Part shown: positions 51,689 through 62,134 of the stretch, piece by piece
How positions within the stretch are numbered: the stretch's first letter is position 1
Layout of the letters: the number at the start of each line of letters is the position of its first letter
Assembly (NCBI GenBank): GCA_965205265.1
Contig: CBDBGH010000003.1
Coordinates: 3,712,001-3,776,000 of the forward strand
Length of the DNA stretch: 64,000 nucleotides
Reading direction: 5' to 3'
DNA from: Alphaproteobacteria bacterium
GTDB taxonomy: Bacteria > Pseudomonadota > Alphaproteobacteria > Bin95
Translations under genes and position numbers: made by a program
The notes under the pieces: model-generated
What the model was told of the DNA's origin: nothing
The model's input: only the letters and a program-made list of their open reading frames with translations
Database searches by the model: none

Positions 51689-53203
51689 TCAGAGGCTCTT
51701 CCAGTCCTCGGCCTGCTCGAAGGCGTAGGCAGCCCTATAGATGGTGGGCTCGGCGTAGCGCCTGCCGACCAGCATCATGCCGATGGGCAGTCCGTCGCCC
51801 ATGCCGCAGGGCAGCGACATCGCCGGATGGTGGGTGATGTCGAACGGCGCGGTATTGCCGATCATCTCGAGCGCGCGCTGCACATATTCCTCGCGCGAGG
51901 CCTCGGGGCCCGGCAGCGGCGTGGCCTTGAGCGGCACGGTCGGCAGCAGCAGCAGGTCGCACTCGGCCAGCACCTTGTCGTATTCCGCCGCCAGCCGCCG
52001 CGAGAGGTTCACCCCCTTGCCGTAGTAGCGCAGGCCGTAATGGTTGCGGATATAGGTGCCGAGCATGGTGAAGAGTTTGGTGGTCTCGGACATCTGGTCC
52101 GCCCGGTCGCGCCAGCGATGGTGGAAGTCCATCAGGCTCGTCACATAGAGGTCCTGGCGGCTGTGGCCGTAGCCGTCGCCCCACATCATGGTGCCGGTCA
52201 GCCCCTCGACGCCGATGGGGGTCCAGATCGCGGCGCCGATGGCGTGCATCGGCACCGAGACCTCCCGGACCTCGGCGCCCATCTTCGCGAGGATATCCGC
52301 CGCCGCCCGGTTCGCCGCATCGACGTCGGCCTCCGAGTTCGGGTGCCCGAAGCCTTCCTGCAGCACGCCGATCTTCAGGCCGCCGACGCCGCCCTCCAGC
52401 AATTCGGAATAGGGGTGCGTCTCGACATCGTATTGCCTCGGGTCCACGCCGTCGGGGCCGGCGATCGCCTCCAGCATCAGCGCGTTGTCGGCGACATTGC
52501 CGGTCATCGGCCCGGTGTGGTCCACGTAAATTTCAATAGGCATGATGCCGGTATAGGGGACGAGCCCGTGCGTCGGCTTCATGCCGTAAATGCCGCAATA
52601 GGCGGCCGGCATGCGGATCGAGCCGCCCTGGTCGCCGCCGACGGCCATGTCCACCTCGCCGGCCGCCACCAGCGCCGCCGAGCCCGAGGACGACCCGCCC
52701 GCGGAATAGCCCATGCGGTGCGGGTTGTGGACCGCGCCTGTCGCATTGGTGTGGCTGCCGCCGGAGAGGCAGAAATTCTCGCAATGCGCCTTGCCCTCGA
52801 TGGTGGCGCCCGCGTCCAGCAGCCGCTCGACGATGGTCGCGTCCACGTCCGGTACATAGCCTTCCAGCGTGGCCGCGCCGTTCATCATCGGCACGCCGGC
52901 CAGCATCACATTGTCCTTGAGCGCGACGGTCTTGCCCTTGAGCTTGCCTTCCGCCGCGCCCTCGATCCGGGTCTTGTAGTACCAGGCGTTGTATCTGTTC
53001 TCCTCGCCCTCCGGCCGGTAGCCGGGGGTGCGCGGATAGCGCACGGTCGGCAGGTTGTCGGGGAGGCCGTCAACGACGTTGTAGGCCTCGATGCTGCCGG
53101 CGATGAGGCCCAGGAAGGACTGCACATCCTCCTCGCTGAGCGTCAGGCCCATCTCGTCCGCGACATCGCGCAGCTGCTCGGCTGTCGGCATCTGAACTGG
53201 CAT
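51689..53203 (-). CDS. Amidase-signature family amidase, paralog 1
   Basis: ALKDN, GGSSSGS and GGDQGGSIR.PA. Confidence 0.93.
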   Translation of the reverse strand: MPVQMPTAEQLRDVADEMGLTLSEEDVQSFLGLIAGSIEAYNVVDGLPDNLPTVRYPRTPGYRPEGEENRYNAWYYKTRIEGAAEGKLKGKTVALKDNVMLAGVPMMNGAATLEGYVPDVDATIVERLLDAGATIEGKAHCENFCLSGGSHTNATGAVHNPHRMGYSAGGSSSGSAALVAAGEVDMAVGGDQGGSIRMPAAYCGIYGMKPTHGLVPYTGIMPIEIYVDHTGPMTGNVADNALMLEAIAGPDGVDPRQYDVETHPYSELLEGGVGGLKIGVLQEGFGHPNSEADVDAANRAAADILAKMGAEVREVSVPMHAIGAAIWTPIGVEGLTGTMMWGDGYGHSRQDLYVTSLMDFHHRWRDRADQMSETTKLFTMLGTYIRNHYGLRYYGKGVNLSRRLAAEYDKVLAECDLLLLPTVPLKATPLPGPEASREEYVQRALEMIGNTAPFDITHHPAMSLPCGMGDGLPIGMMLVGRRYAEPTIYRAAYAFEQAEDWKSL

Positions 53204-53220
53204 TTTTTCCTCCCTCGACG

Positions 53221-53937
53221 TCACGCTGCCGGAGTGCTGAAGCCCGTATAGGCGCTCATCATCTCGGCATTGCCCAGGTCGCGGCTGTCGACCTGGCGGG
53301 TGATCTCACCCTTTTGCAGGATTAGCACGCGCTCAGCCAGCGCGGCGATGAAGTCCAGGTTTTGCTCGACGAGCACGATCGTCAGCTTCTGCCGGGCGCG
53401 CAGCTCGCCGATGACGGCGGCGATGTCCTGGATGATGGAGGGCTGGATGCCTTCCGTCGGCTCGTCCAGCAGGATCATGGACGGGCGCGCGCAGAGACAG
53501 CGCGCGAGCGCCAGCAATTGCTGCTCCCCGCCGCTGAGCGCGCCGCCGCGGCGGTCCAGAAGCTCGGTGAGGCGCGGGAAATATCCCAGGATTTCCCCGA
53601 TGCGCGCCTCCGGCTCCTCGCCGCGCGGCACGCCGACATGCATGTTCTCGCGCACGGAGAGGTTGGGAAAGATCTCGCGGCCTTGCGGCACCAGCGCCAT
53701 GCCGAGCCGGGCGCGCCGCCAGGTCGGCAGGCGCTGGATTTCCCGCCCGTCGAAGCGGATGGAGCCGCCGCTCACATTGACGAAGCCCATGAGCGCGCGC
53801 AGCAGGGTGGTCTTGCCCATGCCGTTATGGCCGAGAACGCCGACGAGCTCGCCTTCCTCGACATCGAGCTCGATGCCGTGCAGGACCGGAACCGGGCCGT
53901 AGGTCGCCCGCAGGCCGCGTATCTCAAGCAGCGGCAT
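53221..53937 (-). CDS. ABC transporter ATP-binding protein (UrtE/LivF-like)
   Basis: GHNGMGKT, LSGGEQQ and LLDEPTEGIQP. Confidence 0.92.
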   Translation of the reverse strand: MPLLEIRGLRATYGPVPVLHGIELDVEEGELVGVLGHNGMGKTTLLRALMGFVNVSGGSIRFDGREIQRLPTWRRARLGMALVPQGREIFPNLSVRENMHVGVPRGEEPEARIGEILGYFPRLTELLDRRGGALSGGEQQLLALARCLCARPSMILLDEPTEGIQPSIIQDIAAVIGELRARQKLTIVLVEQNLDFIAALAERVLILQKGEITRQVDSRDLGNAEMMSAYTGFSTPAA

Positions 53938-54661
53938 TCGTCTCCTTCCCCAGATAGATCTCCTGCACCTCCGAATGCGCCATGATCTCCTCGACATGGC
54001 CCTCGATGAAGATGCGGCCGCGGTGGAACACGGTGACCGTGCTGGCGATGTCCTTGATGAAGTCCATGTCGTGCTCGACGACGATCAGCGTGTTGTCGCC
54101 GGCGAGGCTGCGCACCACGCCGGCGAGGCGCGCGCGCTCCTCGCCCGCCATGCCCGCCGCCGGCTCGTCGAGCAGCACCAGGCGCGGCCGGCCGGCAAGC
54201 ACCATGGCGAGCTCCACGAGCTGGCGCTGGCCGTGGGCGAGCGTGCCGACCGCCTCGCCCGCGATCTCCGGGATCTGCATGAGTTCGAGCATCTCGCCGG
54301 CGATCTCCGCCGCCCGGTCCGCCCGGTTCCTGCGGCTGGCCGCGAGGCTGACATTCTCCCGGGCCGAGAGGCCCTCGAACAGGTTCGGCACCTGCGTCTT
54401 GATGCCGATGCCGCGGGCGACGATCTCGTGGGTGTGGCGGCCGCCGATCTCCTCGCCGTCGAACAGGATGGAGCCGCTGCTCGGCCGCAACTGCCCGGTG
54501 AGGCACTTGAAGAAGGTGCTCTTGCCCGCGCCATTCGGCCCGATCAGGCAGCGCAGCTCGCCCGGCGCCAGGCTGAAATCGACATTATCCACCGCCACCA
54601 CGCCGCCGAAGCGCATGGTGAGGCTGGACGTGGCCAGGATGGACCCGGATGCGGCGCTCAC
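53924..54661 (-). CDS. ABC transporter ATP-binding protein (UrtD/LivG-like)
   Basis: GPNGAGKS, LAHGQ.Q, LLDEP.AG and EHDM. Confidence 0.92.
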   Translation of the reverse strand: MSAASGSILATSSLTMRFGGVVAVDNVDFSLAPGELRCLIGPNGAGKSTFFKCLTGQLRPSSGSILFDGEEIGGRHTHEIVARGIGIKTQVPNLFEGLSARENVSLAASRRNRADRAAEIAGEMLELMQIPEIAGEAVGTLAHGQRQLVELAMVLAGRPRLVLLDEPAAGMAGEERARLAGVVRSLAGDNTLIVVEHDMDFIKDIASTVTVFHRGRIFIEGHVEEIMAHSEVQEIYLGKETNAAA

Positions 54662-55674
54662 GGCGCGCCTCCCCGCGACGGCAGCCGGACGAGCGCCATA
54701 CCCTTGCGCAACCAGTCATGCAGGGTCGGCACGATGCCGCGCGGCATGAGCAGCACCAGCAGCACCAGCACGGTGCCGAGGATCACCAGATTGTTGATGA
54801 ACGCCGTCTCGCCGAGCTTCAGGGAGAGGTATTGGAGGGCCACGACGCCGACGATGGGGCCTATCAGCGTGCCGACGCCGCCCGCCATCACCCAGATCAG
54901 GCATTTGGCCGACATTTCGAGGCTGAAGGCGTTCGGGTCGATGAAGGTCTGGTATGTCGCCCACATGGCGCCCGACGCCCCGCCGAGCGCCCCGCCGATG
55001 GAGAACACCATGAGCTTGTAGCGGCGGATGTCGTAGCCGAGCAGGCCGGTCCGGACCTCGTTTTCGCGGATGGAGATGGCGATCCGGCCGAATTTGGAGC
55101 GGATCAGCACATGGAGCAGCAGATAGACGAAGATCAGCAGCCCCATGAAATACTGGAACATCTCGCCCGGATCCATTTCCCGGTCCGTGAACGGCACCTG
55201 CATGATCGGGATGCTGGGAATGCCGTTGAAGCCGCCGAGCCGCGCCTTGCCGATGGCGTATTCGGGCCCGGCCGTGTGGCTTATCAGCTTCCACATGATG
55301 AGGGCGACGACCAGGGTCACGACGCCGAGATAGACGTCGCTCAACCGCCCGTAGAACATGAAATAGCCGAGCACGGCCGCGAAGGCGAAGCAGAGCGCGA
55401 TGGTCAGCAGGAAGGGGACCGTGGTCTCGCCCATATTGATCGAGATCACCGCGAAGGCGTAGCCGCCGAGCCCGAAAAAGCCCGCCTGGCCGAAGCTGAT
55501 GATGCCGCCGAAGCCCCAGATGTAGGCGAGGCTCAGCGCATAGATCGCCAGCACGACATATTGCGTCATCTGGAGGACCTCGAAGAGGTCGAACCAGGCC
55601 GGGACGAACAGCAGGATCGCGAGGAAAACCGCCGCCACCAGGGCAACGCCGCGCCAGTATCCGGGTGCCGCCAT
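54658..55674 (-). CDS. ABC transporter permease (UrtC/LivM-like)
   Basis: WG.GG..SFGQ..FFG.GGY, IRENE.R..LLGY and GG.GTL.GP. Confidence 0.9.
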   Translation of the reverse strand: MAAPGYWRGVALVAAVFLAILLFVPAWFDLFEVLQMTQYVVLAIYALSLAYIWGFGGIISFGQAGFFGLGGYAFAVISINMGETTVPFLLTIALCFAFAAVLGYFMFYGRLSDVYLGVVTLVVALIMWKLISHTAGPEYAIGKARLGGFNGIPSIPIMQVPFTDREMDPGEMFQYFMGLLIFVYLLLHVLIRSKFGRIAISIRENEVRTGLLGYDIRRYKLMVFSIGGALGGASGAMWATYQTFIDPNAFSLEMSAKCLIWVMAGGVGTLIGPIVGVVALQYLSLKLGETAFINNLVILGTVLVLLVLLMPRGIVPTLHDWLRKGMALVRLPSRGGAP

Positions 55675-55686
55675 CGGTTCCCCGCC

Positions 55687-56553
55687 TCAGAGGCTGCGCG
55701 AGAAGATGCGCCCGGTGATGCCCTGCGGCAGCAACCGGAGCAGGATGAGCGCGACGAGCAGCAGCGCGGCGTCGCCGAATACGGGCCCGGACAGGAAGGT
55801 GACGCTCTGGCTGAGCGTGCCGAGCATGGTCGAGGCGCTGAGCGTGCCGGCGACGATGGCCGTGCCGCCCGTGACCACGGTGATGAAGGCCTGCCCGATG
55901 AAATAGATGCCCATGCTGGGCACGACGCCGGCTATCGGGGCCAGCAGGCCGCCCGCCAGCCCGGTCAGCGCCGCGCCGATGCCGAAGGTCGCCATATAGA
56001 CCAGCCTGGAGTTGACGCCGAGCGCCTCGGCCATGTTCGGGTTCTGCATGGTCGAGCGCGCGATCAGCCCGAAGCGGGTGTATCGCAGCACGGCAAAGAT
56101 CGCGGCGAGGATCAGCGCGGCCGCGAAGATCAGCACCAGGGTGTAGCTGGCCATCTTGTAGTCGCCGATGTCGAAGCCGCCGAGCGGCGTCGCCACGCCC
56201 TCCACCGTGTTGCCGAACACGACGGTCACGGCCCCGATGAGCAGCAGGCTCAACCCCCAGGTCGCAAGGATGGAATCCAGTAACCGGTTGTAGAGGAACT
56301 GGATGATGCAGCGCTCGACGACGATGCCGAACACGCCCACGAACAGCGGCGCCAGCACCAGGATCGCAACCCAGAGGTTCACGCCCAGCTTGGTCGTCAG
56401 CACCACGGTGTAGCCGCCCAGCATCAGGAACTCGCCATGCGCGATGTTGATGACCCGCATCATGCCGAAGATGATCGCGAGCCCGGCCGCGATGAGCACC
56501 AGCCCCGCCACGGCGCGCAGGAGCTCTATGAGGACGATAAGGGCGTAATCCAT
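55687..56553 (-). CDS. ABC transporter permease (UrtB/LivH-like)
   Basis: GLAIIFG.M.VIN.AHGEF.MLG.Y. Confidence 0.9.
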   Translation of the reverse strand: MDYALIVLIELLRAVAGLVLIAAGLAIIFGMMRVINIAHGEFLMLGGYTVVLTTKLGVNLWVAILVLAPLFVGVFGIVVERCIIQFLYNRLLDSILATWGLSLLLIGAVTVVFGNTVEGVATPLGGFDIGDYKMASYTLVLIFAAALILAAIFAVLRYTRFGLIARSTMQNPNMAEALGVNSRLVYMATFGIGAALTGLAGGLLAPIAGVVPSMGIYFIGQAFITVVTGGTAIVAGTLSASTMLGTLSQSVTFLSGPVFGDAALLLVALILLRLLPQGITGRIFSRSL

Positions 56554-56608
56554 GAAGGAACCCCGCGCCGCCGCCCCGGCCGGGGCGGCGGACAGGCGGC
56601 AAGGTCTT

Positions 56609-57865
56609 CTAATTGAGCGAGATTTCGTAGTGCTTGTTGGCGTTCGGGTCCTTCTCGAGGTCGCAGACGGTCTGCGTGTCCACCGGCTGGACCTGGGAGA
56701 ACTGCTCCTTGATGACGAACTTCTTGTCCTGGAGGTCCGCCACATAGACGTCCCGGATCGCATGGTGGGTCTTGCGGTCGATGGTGACCTTGCCGGACGG
56801 GAACTCGTATTCCTTGCCCGACTCCATCACCTCGATGAGCGCCATGCGGTCGAGGCTGCCCGCGGTCCGCACCGCATCGGCCCAGATCATCATGCCTTCC
56901 CAGGTGAACGCCGAGAGCTCCGTCAGGAAGGGCGTGTCGTCGGGATAGCGTTTCCTGACCGCCTCGACCCAGGCATTGTTCATCGGCGAGTCGATCTGCG
57001 GGTAGTAGCCGTAGCAGGTGATGATGCCGTTGGCGACTTCCGGCTTGATGATCTCGATTTCCGCGCCCGCCGCGCCGAAGGTCGTGGACGCGATCGGGAT
57101 TTCGTTCTTCATGCCGCCCGCGGCCCACTGGTTGTAGAAGCCGAGATGGCCGGTGCCGACCAGCACGGACATGACCATGTCCGGCTTCGCCTCCTGGATC
57201 TTGGAGATCGTCGGGCCGAAATTGGTCACGTCCAGCGGGAAGAAGTCGGTGGACAGCACGGTGCCGCCGTTCTGCTCGACATAGCGTTTCACCCAGGCGG
57301 CGGTGATCTGGCCGTAATTGTAGTCCGCCGCGATGGTATAGACCTTCTTGCCCCACAGATTCATGGTGTGCGGCACAAGCTGCTCGACCGTCTGCGCGGG
57401 CGTGGTGCCGAGCGTGATCTCGTTGCGGTCGCAAACGCCGCCCTCATAGAGCGTGTTGTAGAAGTAGAGCGTCTTGAAGCGGTGGAAGATCGGGCGGATG
57501 GTCTCGCGGCTGGCGCTGGTGATGCCGCCCATGACGACCGCGACCTTGTCCTTCAGCGCAAGCTGCGTCGCATATTGCGAATAGAGCGACATGTTGGACT
57601 GGGGATCGTAAACGACGCCCTTGACCTCGCGCCCGAGCAGCCCGCCCTGCGCGTTGATCTCCTCGATGGCCATCAGCATGATCTGGTTCATCGGGATGCC
57701 GGCGAAATCGATGAAGCCGGAGAGGTCGTGCAGGCCGCCGACAAGGATGGCGTCGTCGGCATCGGCCGAGATGGCCGGGAACACGCTGGAAAACGCGGCG
57801 GCGCCGGCTCCCGCGGCGGCGGTTCTCATGAAATCGCGCCGGGTCGGTTTGTTCAGGCGGGTCAT
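56609..57865 (-). CDS. Amide/urea ABC transporter substrate-binding protein (Tat-exported)
   Basis: TRRDFMR Tat motif, TSASRE.IRP, YEGG.C and DYNYG. Confidence 0.9.
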   Translation of the reverse strand: MTRLNKPTRRDFMRTAAAGAGAAAFSSVFPAISADADDAILVGGLHDLSGFIDFAGIPMNQIMLMAIEEINAQGGLLGREVKGVVYDPQSNMSLYSQYATQLALKDKVAVVMGGITSASRETIRPIFHRFKTLYFYNTLYEGGVCDRNEITLGTTPAQTVEQLVPHTMNLWGKKVYTIAADYNYGQITAAWVKRYVEQNGGTVLSTDFFPLDVTNFGPTISKIQEAKPDMVMSVLVGTGHLGFYNQWAAGGMKNEIPIASTTFGAAGAEIEIIKPEVANGIITCYGYYPQIDSPMNNAWVEAVRKRYPDDTPFLTELSAFTWEGMMIWADAVRTAGSLDRMALIEVMESGKEYEFPSGKVTIDRKTHHAIRDVYVADLQDKKFVIKEQFSQVQPVDTQTVCDLEKDPNANKHYEISLN

Positions 57866-58016
57866 CGGCAGCCTCCTGCGTTACATGGTCGAAAATCGCG
57901 CTCCGCTCGGGTTTACGGCAGTGCAGAGCGGCAACCCTGCCAGACCGCACGGGAAAAACAAAGCGAAATCGGGGCCTTCTCCGGGCGGCCGGGCGCGGCG
58001 GTCCGGGCCGCCGGAC

Positions 58017-58799
58017 TCAGCGCGCCCGGCGCTCCTTCGTCACGGTCTCGTAGGCGGCGTTGATGGCGGCGAGCCGGTCGTTGGCAAGCTCCATGAACTC
58101 TTCCGGCAGGCCCTTCGAGGCCAGCTTGTCGGGGTGGTAGGTCAGCACGAGCTTGCGGTGCTGGGCGCGCAGCTCCTCGTCCGAGGCGCCCGGCGCCACG
58201 CCGAGCACGGCATAGGCGTCCGCGGCATCCCTGCCCCCGTCGCTCGCGGCGCCCGCCCCGGATTTCGATCCGGAAGCATGGCGGGCGCGGAGGGAGGCCA
58301 TCTCGTAACCGCCAAGGCCGAAGATCGCGCCGATCTCGGCAATCATCCGCTCTTCCGCCGGGTGCAGCTCCCCGTCCGCCGCAGCGATGGCGTAAAGCGC
58401 ATCCACCACTTCGGCCAGCAGCTCCGGCTTCGCTGCCAGCGCGTCCCGCACCTGCCCGGCATAGGCCTCGAAGCCCTCCGTGCTCTGCCGCGCCTCATTG
58501 TAGAGGTCGGCGATCCGGCTCCGTTCGTCCGGGTCGAAGGGGAAGATGCGCTGAAAGGTGCGGATTTCATCGCGCGTCACCGTGCCGTCGGCCTTGGCGA
58601 CCTTGGCGGAAAGGGCAATGACGCCGAGCGCGAACATCACGCCGGCCTGTTCCTCGTCCGCCCCGTTGCCTTCCAGGGCCGCACGGCTCCGGTTCCGGTC
58701 GATGAGCCCGTGGCCCGCAACCGCGCCGAGCAGCGCGCCCAGCGGCCCGCCGACCGCGAAGCCCAGCACCCCGCCCAGGATCTTGCCGATTATCGCCAT
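58017..58799 (-). CDS. djlA: Co-chaperone DjlA (TM, TerB-like and J-domain)
   Basis: N-terminal Gly-rich TM, AK.AKADG.V...E, and YHPDK J-domain. Confidence 0.9.
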   Translation of the reverse strand: MAIIGKILGGVLGFAVGGPLGALLGAVAGHGLIDRNRSRAALEGNGADEEQAGVMFALGVIALSAKVAKADGTVTRDEIRTFQRIFPFDPDERSRIADLYNEARQSTEGFEAYAGQVRDALAAKPELLAEVVDALYAIAAADGELHPAEERMIAEIGAIFGLGGYEMASLRARHASGSKSGAGAASDGGRDAADAYAVLGVAPGASDEELRAQHRKLVLTYHPDKLASKGLPEEFMELANDRLAAINAAYETVTKERRAR

Positions 58800-58943
58800 A
58801 GGCCGCCCCTGCCCGCCCCGGTCCGCGCCAGACTATCCTCCCGCCGGGCGGGAAGACAGGCCGCCGGGCGGGCCGGCTTGGAAAGCGGGCGGCAATCGGC
58901 TTCAATCCCGCCCGCCCTCTTCCGGGCGGAGAGACGCCGCGCC

Positions 58944-60368
58944 ATGCAGCCGCAAAACCTGCTTTTCATCATGTCCGACGAGCATAGCGCCAATGCCATG
59001 GGGGTAGCGGGCCATCCTGTCGTGAACACGCCGAACCTAGACGCGCTGGCGGCGCGGGGCACGCTGTTTTCCGCCGCCTACACGCCCTCGCCGATCTGCG
59101 TGCCGGCCAGGGCCGCCTTCGCCACCGGGCGCCACGTCCACGAGATCGGCGCCTGGGACAACGGCCACCCCTATGACGGCAGCGTGCCCGGCTGGGGCCA
59201 CGCGCTGCAGGCGGCGGGCCGCCCGGTGCTCTCCATCGGCAAGCTGCATTACCGCGACGAGGCGGACCCGACCGGCTTCGACACCCAGATCCGCCCGATG
59301 CATGTCGTGGACGGCAGGGGCGACATATACGGCGCGATCAAGGACCCCATGCCGGTCCGCTTCGGCGGGGCGAAGTTTTCGCGCGAGATCGGCCCCGGCG
59401 AGAGCGGCTACACCCGCTACGACCGCGCGATTGCGGACGAGGCGGGGCGCTGGCTGACGGAGGAAGCCCCGGCCGCGGCCGGCCCGTGGGTGCTGTTCGT
59501 CTCCTTCGTCTGCCCGCATTTCCCGCTGATCGCGCCGGAGCCCTTCTTCGCCCTCTACGACCCGGCCGACATGGCGCTGCCGAAGGACTACCGCCTGCGT
59601 CCCCGCCATCCCTGGATCGAGGCCTATGCCGAGGCCCAGCCCTATGACAGCTTCTTCAACGACGAGGCGCGGCGCGTGGCCATCGCCTCCTATTACGGGC
59701 TCTGCTCCTTCCTCGACGACAATATCGGCCGCGTGCTGGCCGCGCTGGACGAAGCCGGGCTCGCCGGCGCAACGCGCGTGATCTACACCAGCGACCATGG
59801 CGAGAACCTCGGCGCGCGCGGGCTCTGGGGCAAGTCCAACATGTATGAGGAGGCAGTCCGGGTGCCGCTGATCGCCGCCGGGCCGGACGTGCCGGCGGGG
59901 CGGGTCTGCGGCACGCCGGCCTCGCTGCTGGACTGCCACCCGGCGATCCTCGAAGGCGCGGGCCTGGAATCCGACCCCGCGCTGCCCGGCCGCTCGCTCT
60001 GGGCGCTCGGCGAGGAGCCGGAGCGGGCCGTGTTCAGCGAATACCATGCGGCAGGCGCCGCCTCCGGCTGCTTCATGCTGCGGCAGGGCCGGTGGAAGCT
60101 CATCCGCTATACCGGCTTCGAGCCGGAGCTGTTCGACCTCGAGGCCGACCCCGAGGAGCGCCGGAACCTGGCCCCCCGCGAGCCGGAGACGGTCGCCCGC
60201 CTCATGGCGGCGATGCGGAAGGTCTGCGACCCGGACGAGGTCCACCGCCGCGCGCGGGCCAGCCAGGACGCGCTGATCGAGGCCCATGGCGGCCGCATGG
60301 CGGTGATGCGCGCCGGCGCCTTCTCCGGCACCCCCGCCCCCGGCGACAAACCCGTCTTCACCGCCTGA
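58944..60368 (+). CDS. Sulfatase (choline-sulfatase-like)
   Basis: SDEH, CVPARA (CxPxR), GKLH and SDHGE. Confidence 0.9.
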   Translation: MQPQNLLFIMSDEHSANAMGVAGHPVVNTPNLDALAARGTLFSAAYTPSPICVPARAAFATGRHVHEIGAWDNGHPYDGSVPGWGHALQAAGRPVLSIGKLHYRDEADPTGFDTQIRPMHVVDGRGDIYGAIKDPMPVRFGGAKFSREIGPGESGYTRYDRAIADEAGRWLTEEAPAAAGPWVLFVSFVCPHFPLIAPEPFFALYDPADMALPKDYRLRPRHPWIEAYAEAQPYDSFFNDEARRVAIASYYGLCSFLDDNIGRVLAALDEAGLAGATRVIYTSDHGENLGARGLWGKSNMYEEAVRVPLIAAGPDVPAGRVCGTPASLLDCHPAILEGAGLESDPALPGRSLWALGEEPERAVFSEYHAAGAASGCFMLRQGRWKLIRYTGFEPELFDLEADPEERRNLAPREPETVARLMAAMRKVCDPDEVHRRARASQDALIEAHGGRMAVMRAGAFSGTPAPGDKPVFTA

Positions 60369-60395
60369 GCGGTGCGCACGGTTGCGTTCCCGCGG

Positions 60396-60911
60396 CTACC
60401 GTCGAAACAGCCGTCGGATCGCCGACAACACGGCATAGCCGATCCCGAAACCGCCGAGACCGGTGAAGACGACCTCCAGAAGGCCGCTTGCCCTCGCAGC
60501 CTGCTGCGGGTCGCCGAAAAACAGCATCCACATAATCAGTGCTACCGCTGCGAGGAAGGGAATCGCGCCTGCAGCAAGCGTCCATGCCAAAAGCCTGTAA
60601 CGCCGCTTGCTCGAACGCTCGGCCATATCGAGGCGACGGTCTGCGTGATCGGCTTGCCGCCGGTCCTGCTGGTCCTCCAGTTCCAGGGCGCGCGCCGTCA
60701 GGGCGACCCTTTCCCTGTCCAACGCCAGTGAATCCCGAATGATTCTGTGCTCGGTGTTGTCGGTCCTTGCCGGCGCCGGCGCTGCGACGCTTCGTCCGTG
60801 CGTTCGTTCATCAAGCGCCGTATCTGACTGCGGCGAGTTTGCGCGGCATGGACATACGCCGGCGTTCGATATCCAGTTCGACGGGTGTCGAGCGGACACG
60901 GTAGCCGCCAT
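60396..60911 (-). CDS. Hypothetical two-TM membrane protein (start uncertain, possibly frameshifted)
   Basis: Coiled-coil region then two hydrophobic helices; the ATG overlapping the upstream stop is in another frame. Confidence 0.5.
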   Translation of the reverse strand: MAATVSARHPSNWISNAGVCPCRANSPQSDTALDERTHGRSVAAPAPARTDNTEHRIIRDSLALDRERVALTARALELEDQQDRRQADHADRRLDMAERSSKRRYRLLAWTLAAGAIPFLAAVALIMWMLFFGDPQQAARASGLLEVVFTGLGGFGIGYAVLSAIRRLFRR

Positions 60912-61023
60912 AGGGACTCTTGAGGATTCTGGTAATCGTTCTCGTCAGCCCCGGATCTGTGCGGCGGCGGCGGCGTTCTTCCTCCGCTTCGGACCAGGTC
61001 TCATGGAAGCTGTCTGCGATCAT
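60811..61023 (-). CDS. Small hypothetical protein
   Basis: GGAGG RBS; 70 aa. Confidence 0.5.
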   Translation of the reverse strand: MIADSFHETWSEAEEERRRRRTDPGLTRTITRILKSPYGGYRVRSTPVELDIERRRMSMPRKLAAVRYGA

Positions 61024-61085
61024 GGCGTATCGGGCCTCCGCCCGGGCAGCGTATCGTTAGGGGATTATATACATGCTTGCGCAAA

Positions 61086-61853
61086 CTACCAGCGACCGAA
61101 GGTCCGCCGCGCCTGTCCGTATAGCCGGACTTCGGACGACCACTCGGCAGTCTCCAAGCCGGCCGCGTCCAAGAGCGCAAGGCACGGTTCCCGGTTCATG
61201 TTGAACAGCACCTCGCCGTAATGGCCGGGGCTGGAGTTCCGCATTTCGAGTTCCCCGACATTGCGGCCCTCATGCCGGAAGAGCACCTTCTGTGCGTCGA
61301 ATTCTCCGGGCCGACGAGCCGTCGAGTTCACGACTTCGAAGCCGTCCGCCATCGCCGTGACAACATCGTCGCTCCAATAGACGCAGAAGACGCCGTCCCG
61401 CAGCACCGTCAGATATTGCACCTCCGCGCCGTTGAAGAGCGACTTGCGCAGGAAGGCCCGCAGGAGAGCCTTGCGCTGGAAGCGGTCTTTGAGCTCCCGC
61501 ATGGGCGCTTGCAGGCGGAGTTTGGCCGGTTCCTTGTTGTCCTCATAGTCGCTGTAGCGCGGCGGGAAGGCGTCAATGCAGTGGACCAGGAGCGAGCCGA
61601 CCCCATTGAGCGCCTGGAACCCGTCGTCGTCGAGGAAGCGGTTTCGCCGGTAGAGGAAGACCTGCCACTTGATGCGCCCGGACTTGACCGAGTGCGCGTC
61701 TCCGGCCGGGTCGATGACATCCTTCTTCGCCGCTTGGTCGCGGCGGTAGTCATCCTCAAGCCCGATGGCGAGCGCGAACAGCAGCGCGTCGTCATGGCCG
61801 CGTTGCCGGTATTCGCGGGCTGCCTCGGTCGTGCTTGCGCGGCGAGCGTTCAC
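61086..61853 (-). CDS. Putative type II restriction endonuclease
   Basis: KKDVID..GD.HSVKSG..KWQ.FLY PD-(D/E)xK variant; GTGA-coupled to the methylase remnant. Confidence 0.6.
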   Translation of the reverse strand: MNARRASTTEAAREYRQRGHDDALLFALAIGLEDDYRRDQAAKKDVIDPAGDAHSVKSGRIKWQVFLYRRNRFLDDDGFQALNGVGSLLVHCIDAFPPRYSDYEDNKEPAKLRLQAPMRELKDRFQRKALLRAFLRKSLFNGAEVQYLTVLRDGVFCVYWSDDVVTAMADGFEVVNSTARRPGEFDAQKVLFRHEGRNVGELEMRNSSPGHYGEVLFNMNREPCLALLDAAGLETAEWSSEVRLYGQARRTFGRW

Positions 61854-62083
61854 CGGGGATGCCGCCAGATAAGCAGTTCGTGCGACTTCTTCACATGCGA
61901 CCCGCCGTTGCGCTCGCGCCGGTTCTCGCCGATGCGCGTATCGCCCTGCCCGAAGGTGTATTGCCATTCCGGCGTCTCGATATTGCAGTCGGAATACCAG
62001 TCGCGGATCGTCGGGCAGTCGTTGTAGGACAGGATGAATCCGGCCCGGTGGCGCAAGAGCAAATCGCGCAACGCCTCATGCGT
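61850..62083 (-). pseudogene. C-terminal remnant of a Dam-like (D12 class) DNA adenine methylase
   Basis: HE.LRD.L..H...FILSYND...IR..Y...ELLI; no DPPY motif, and the frame starts at an AT-rich junction. Confidence 0.75.
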
Positions 62084-62121
62084 GAATATCTCAAAAGTAA
62101 AATCCTACAAAATGCTCCGTA

Positions 62122-62134
62122 TAACATATTGATT
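62122..62134 (-). promoter_or_regulatory. IHF consensus site in an AT-rich junction
   Basis: AATCAATATGTTA matches WATCAANNNNTTR. Confidence 0.5.

Noticed and set aside
57621-58943. 915-aa ORF as an extended sulfatase
   Set aside because: The N-terminal part is antisense to djlA and the binding-protein gene; the sulfatase starts at 58944.
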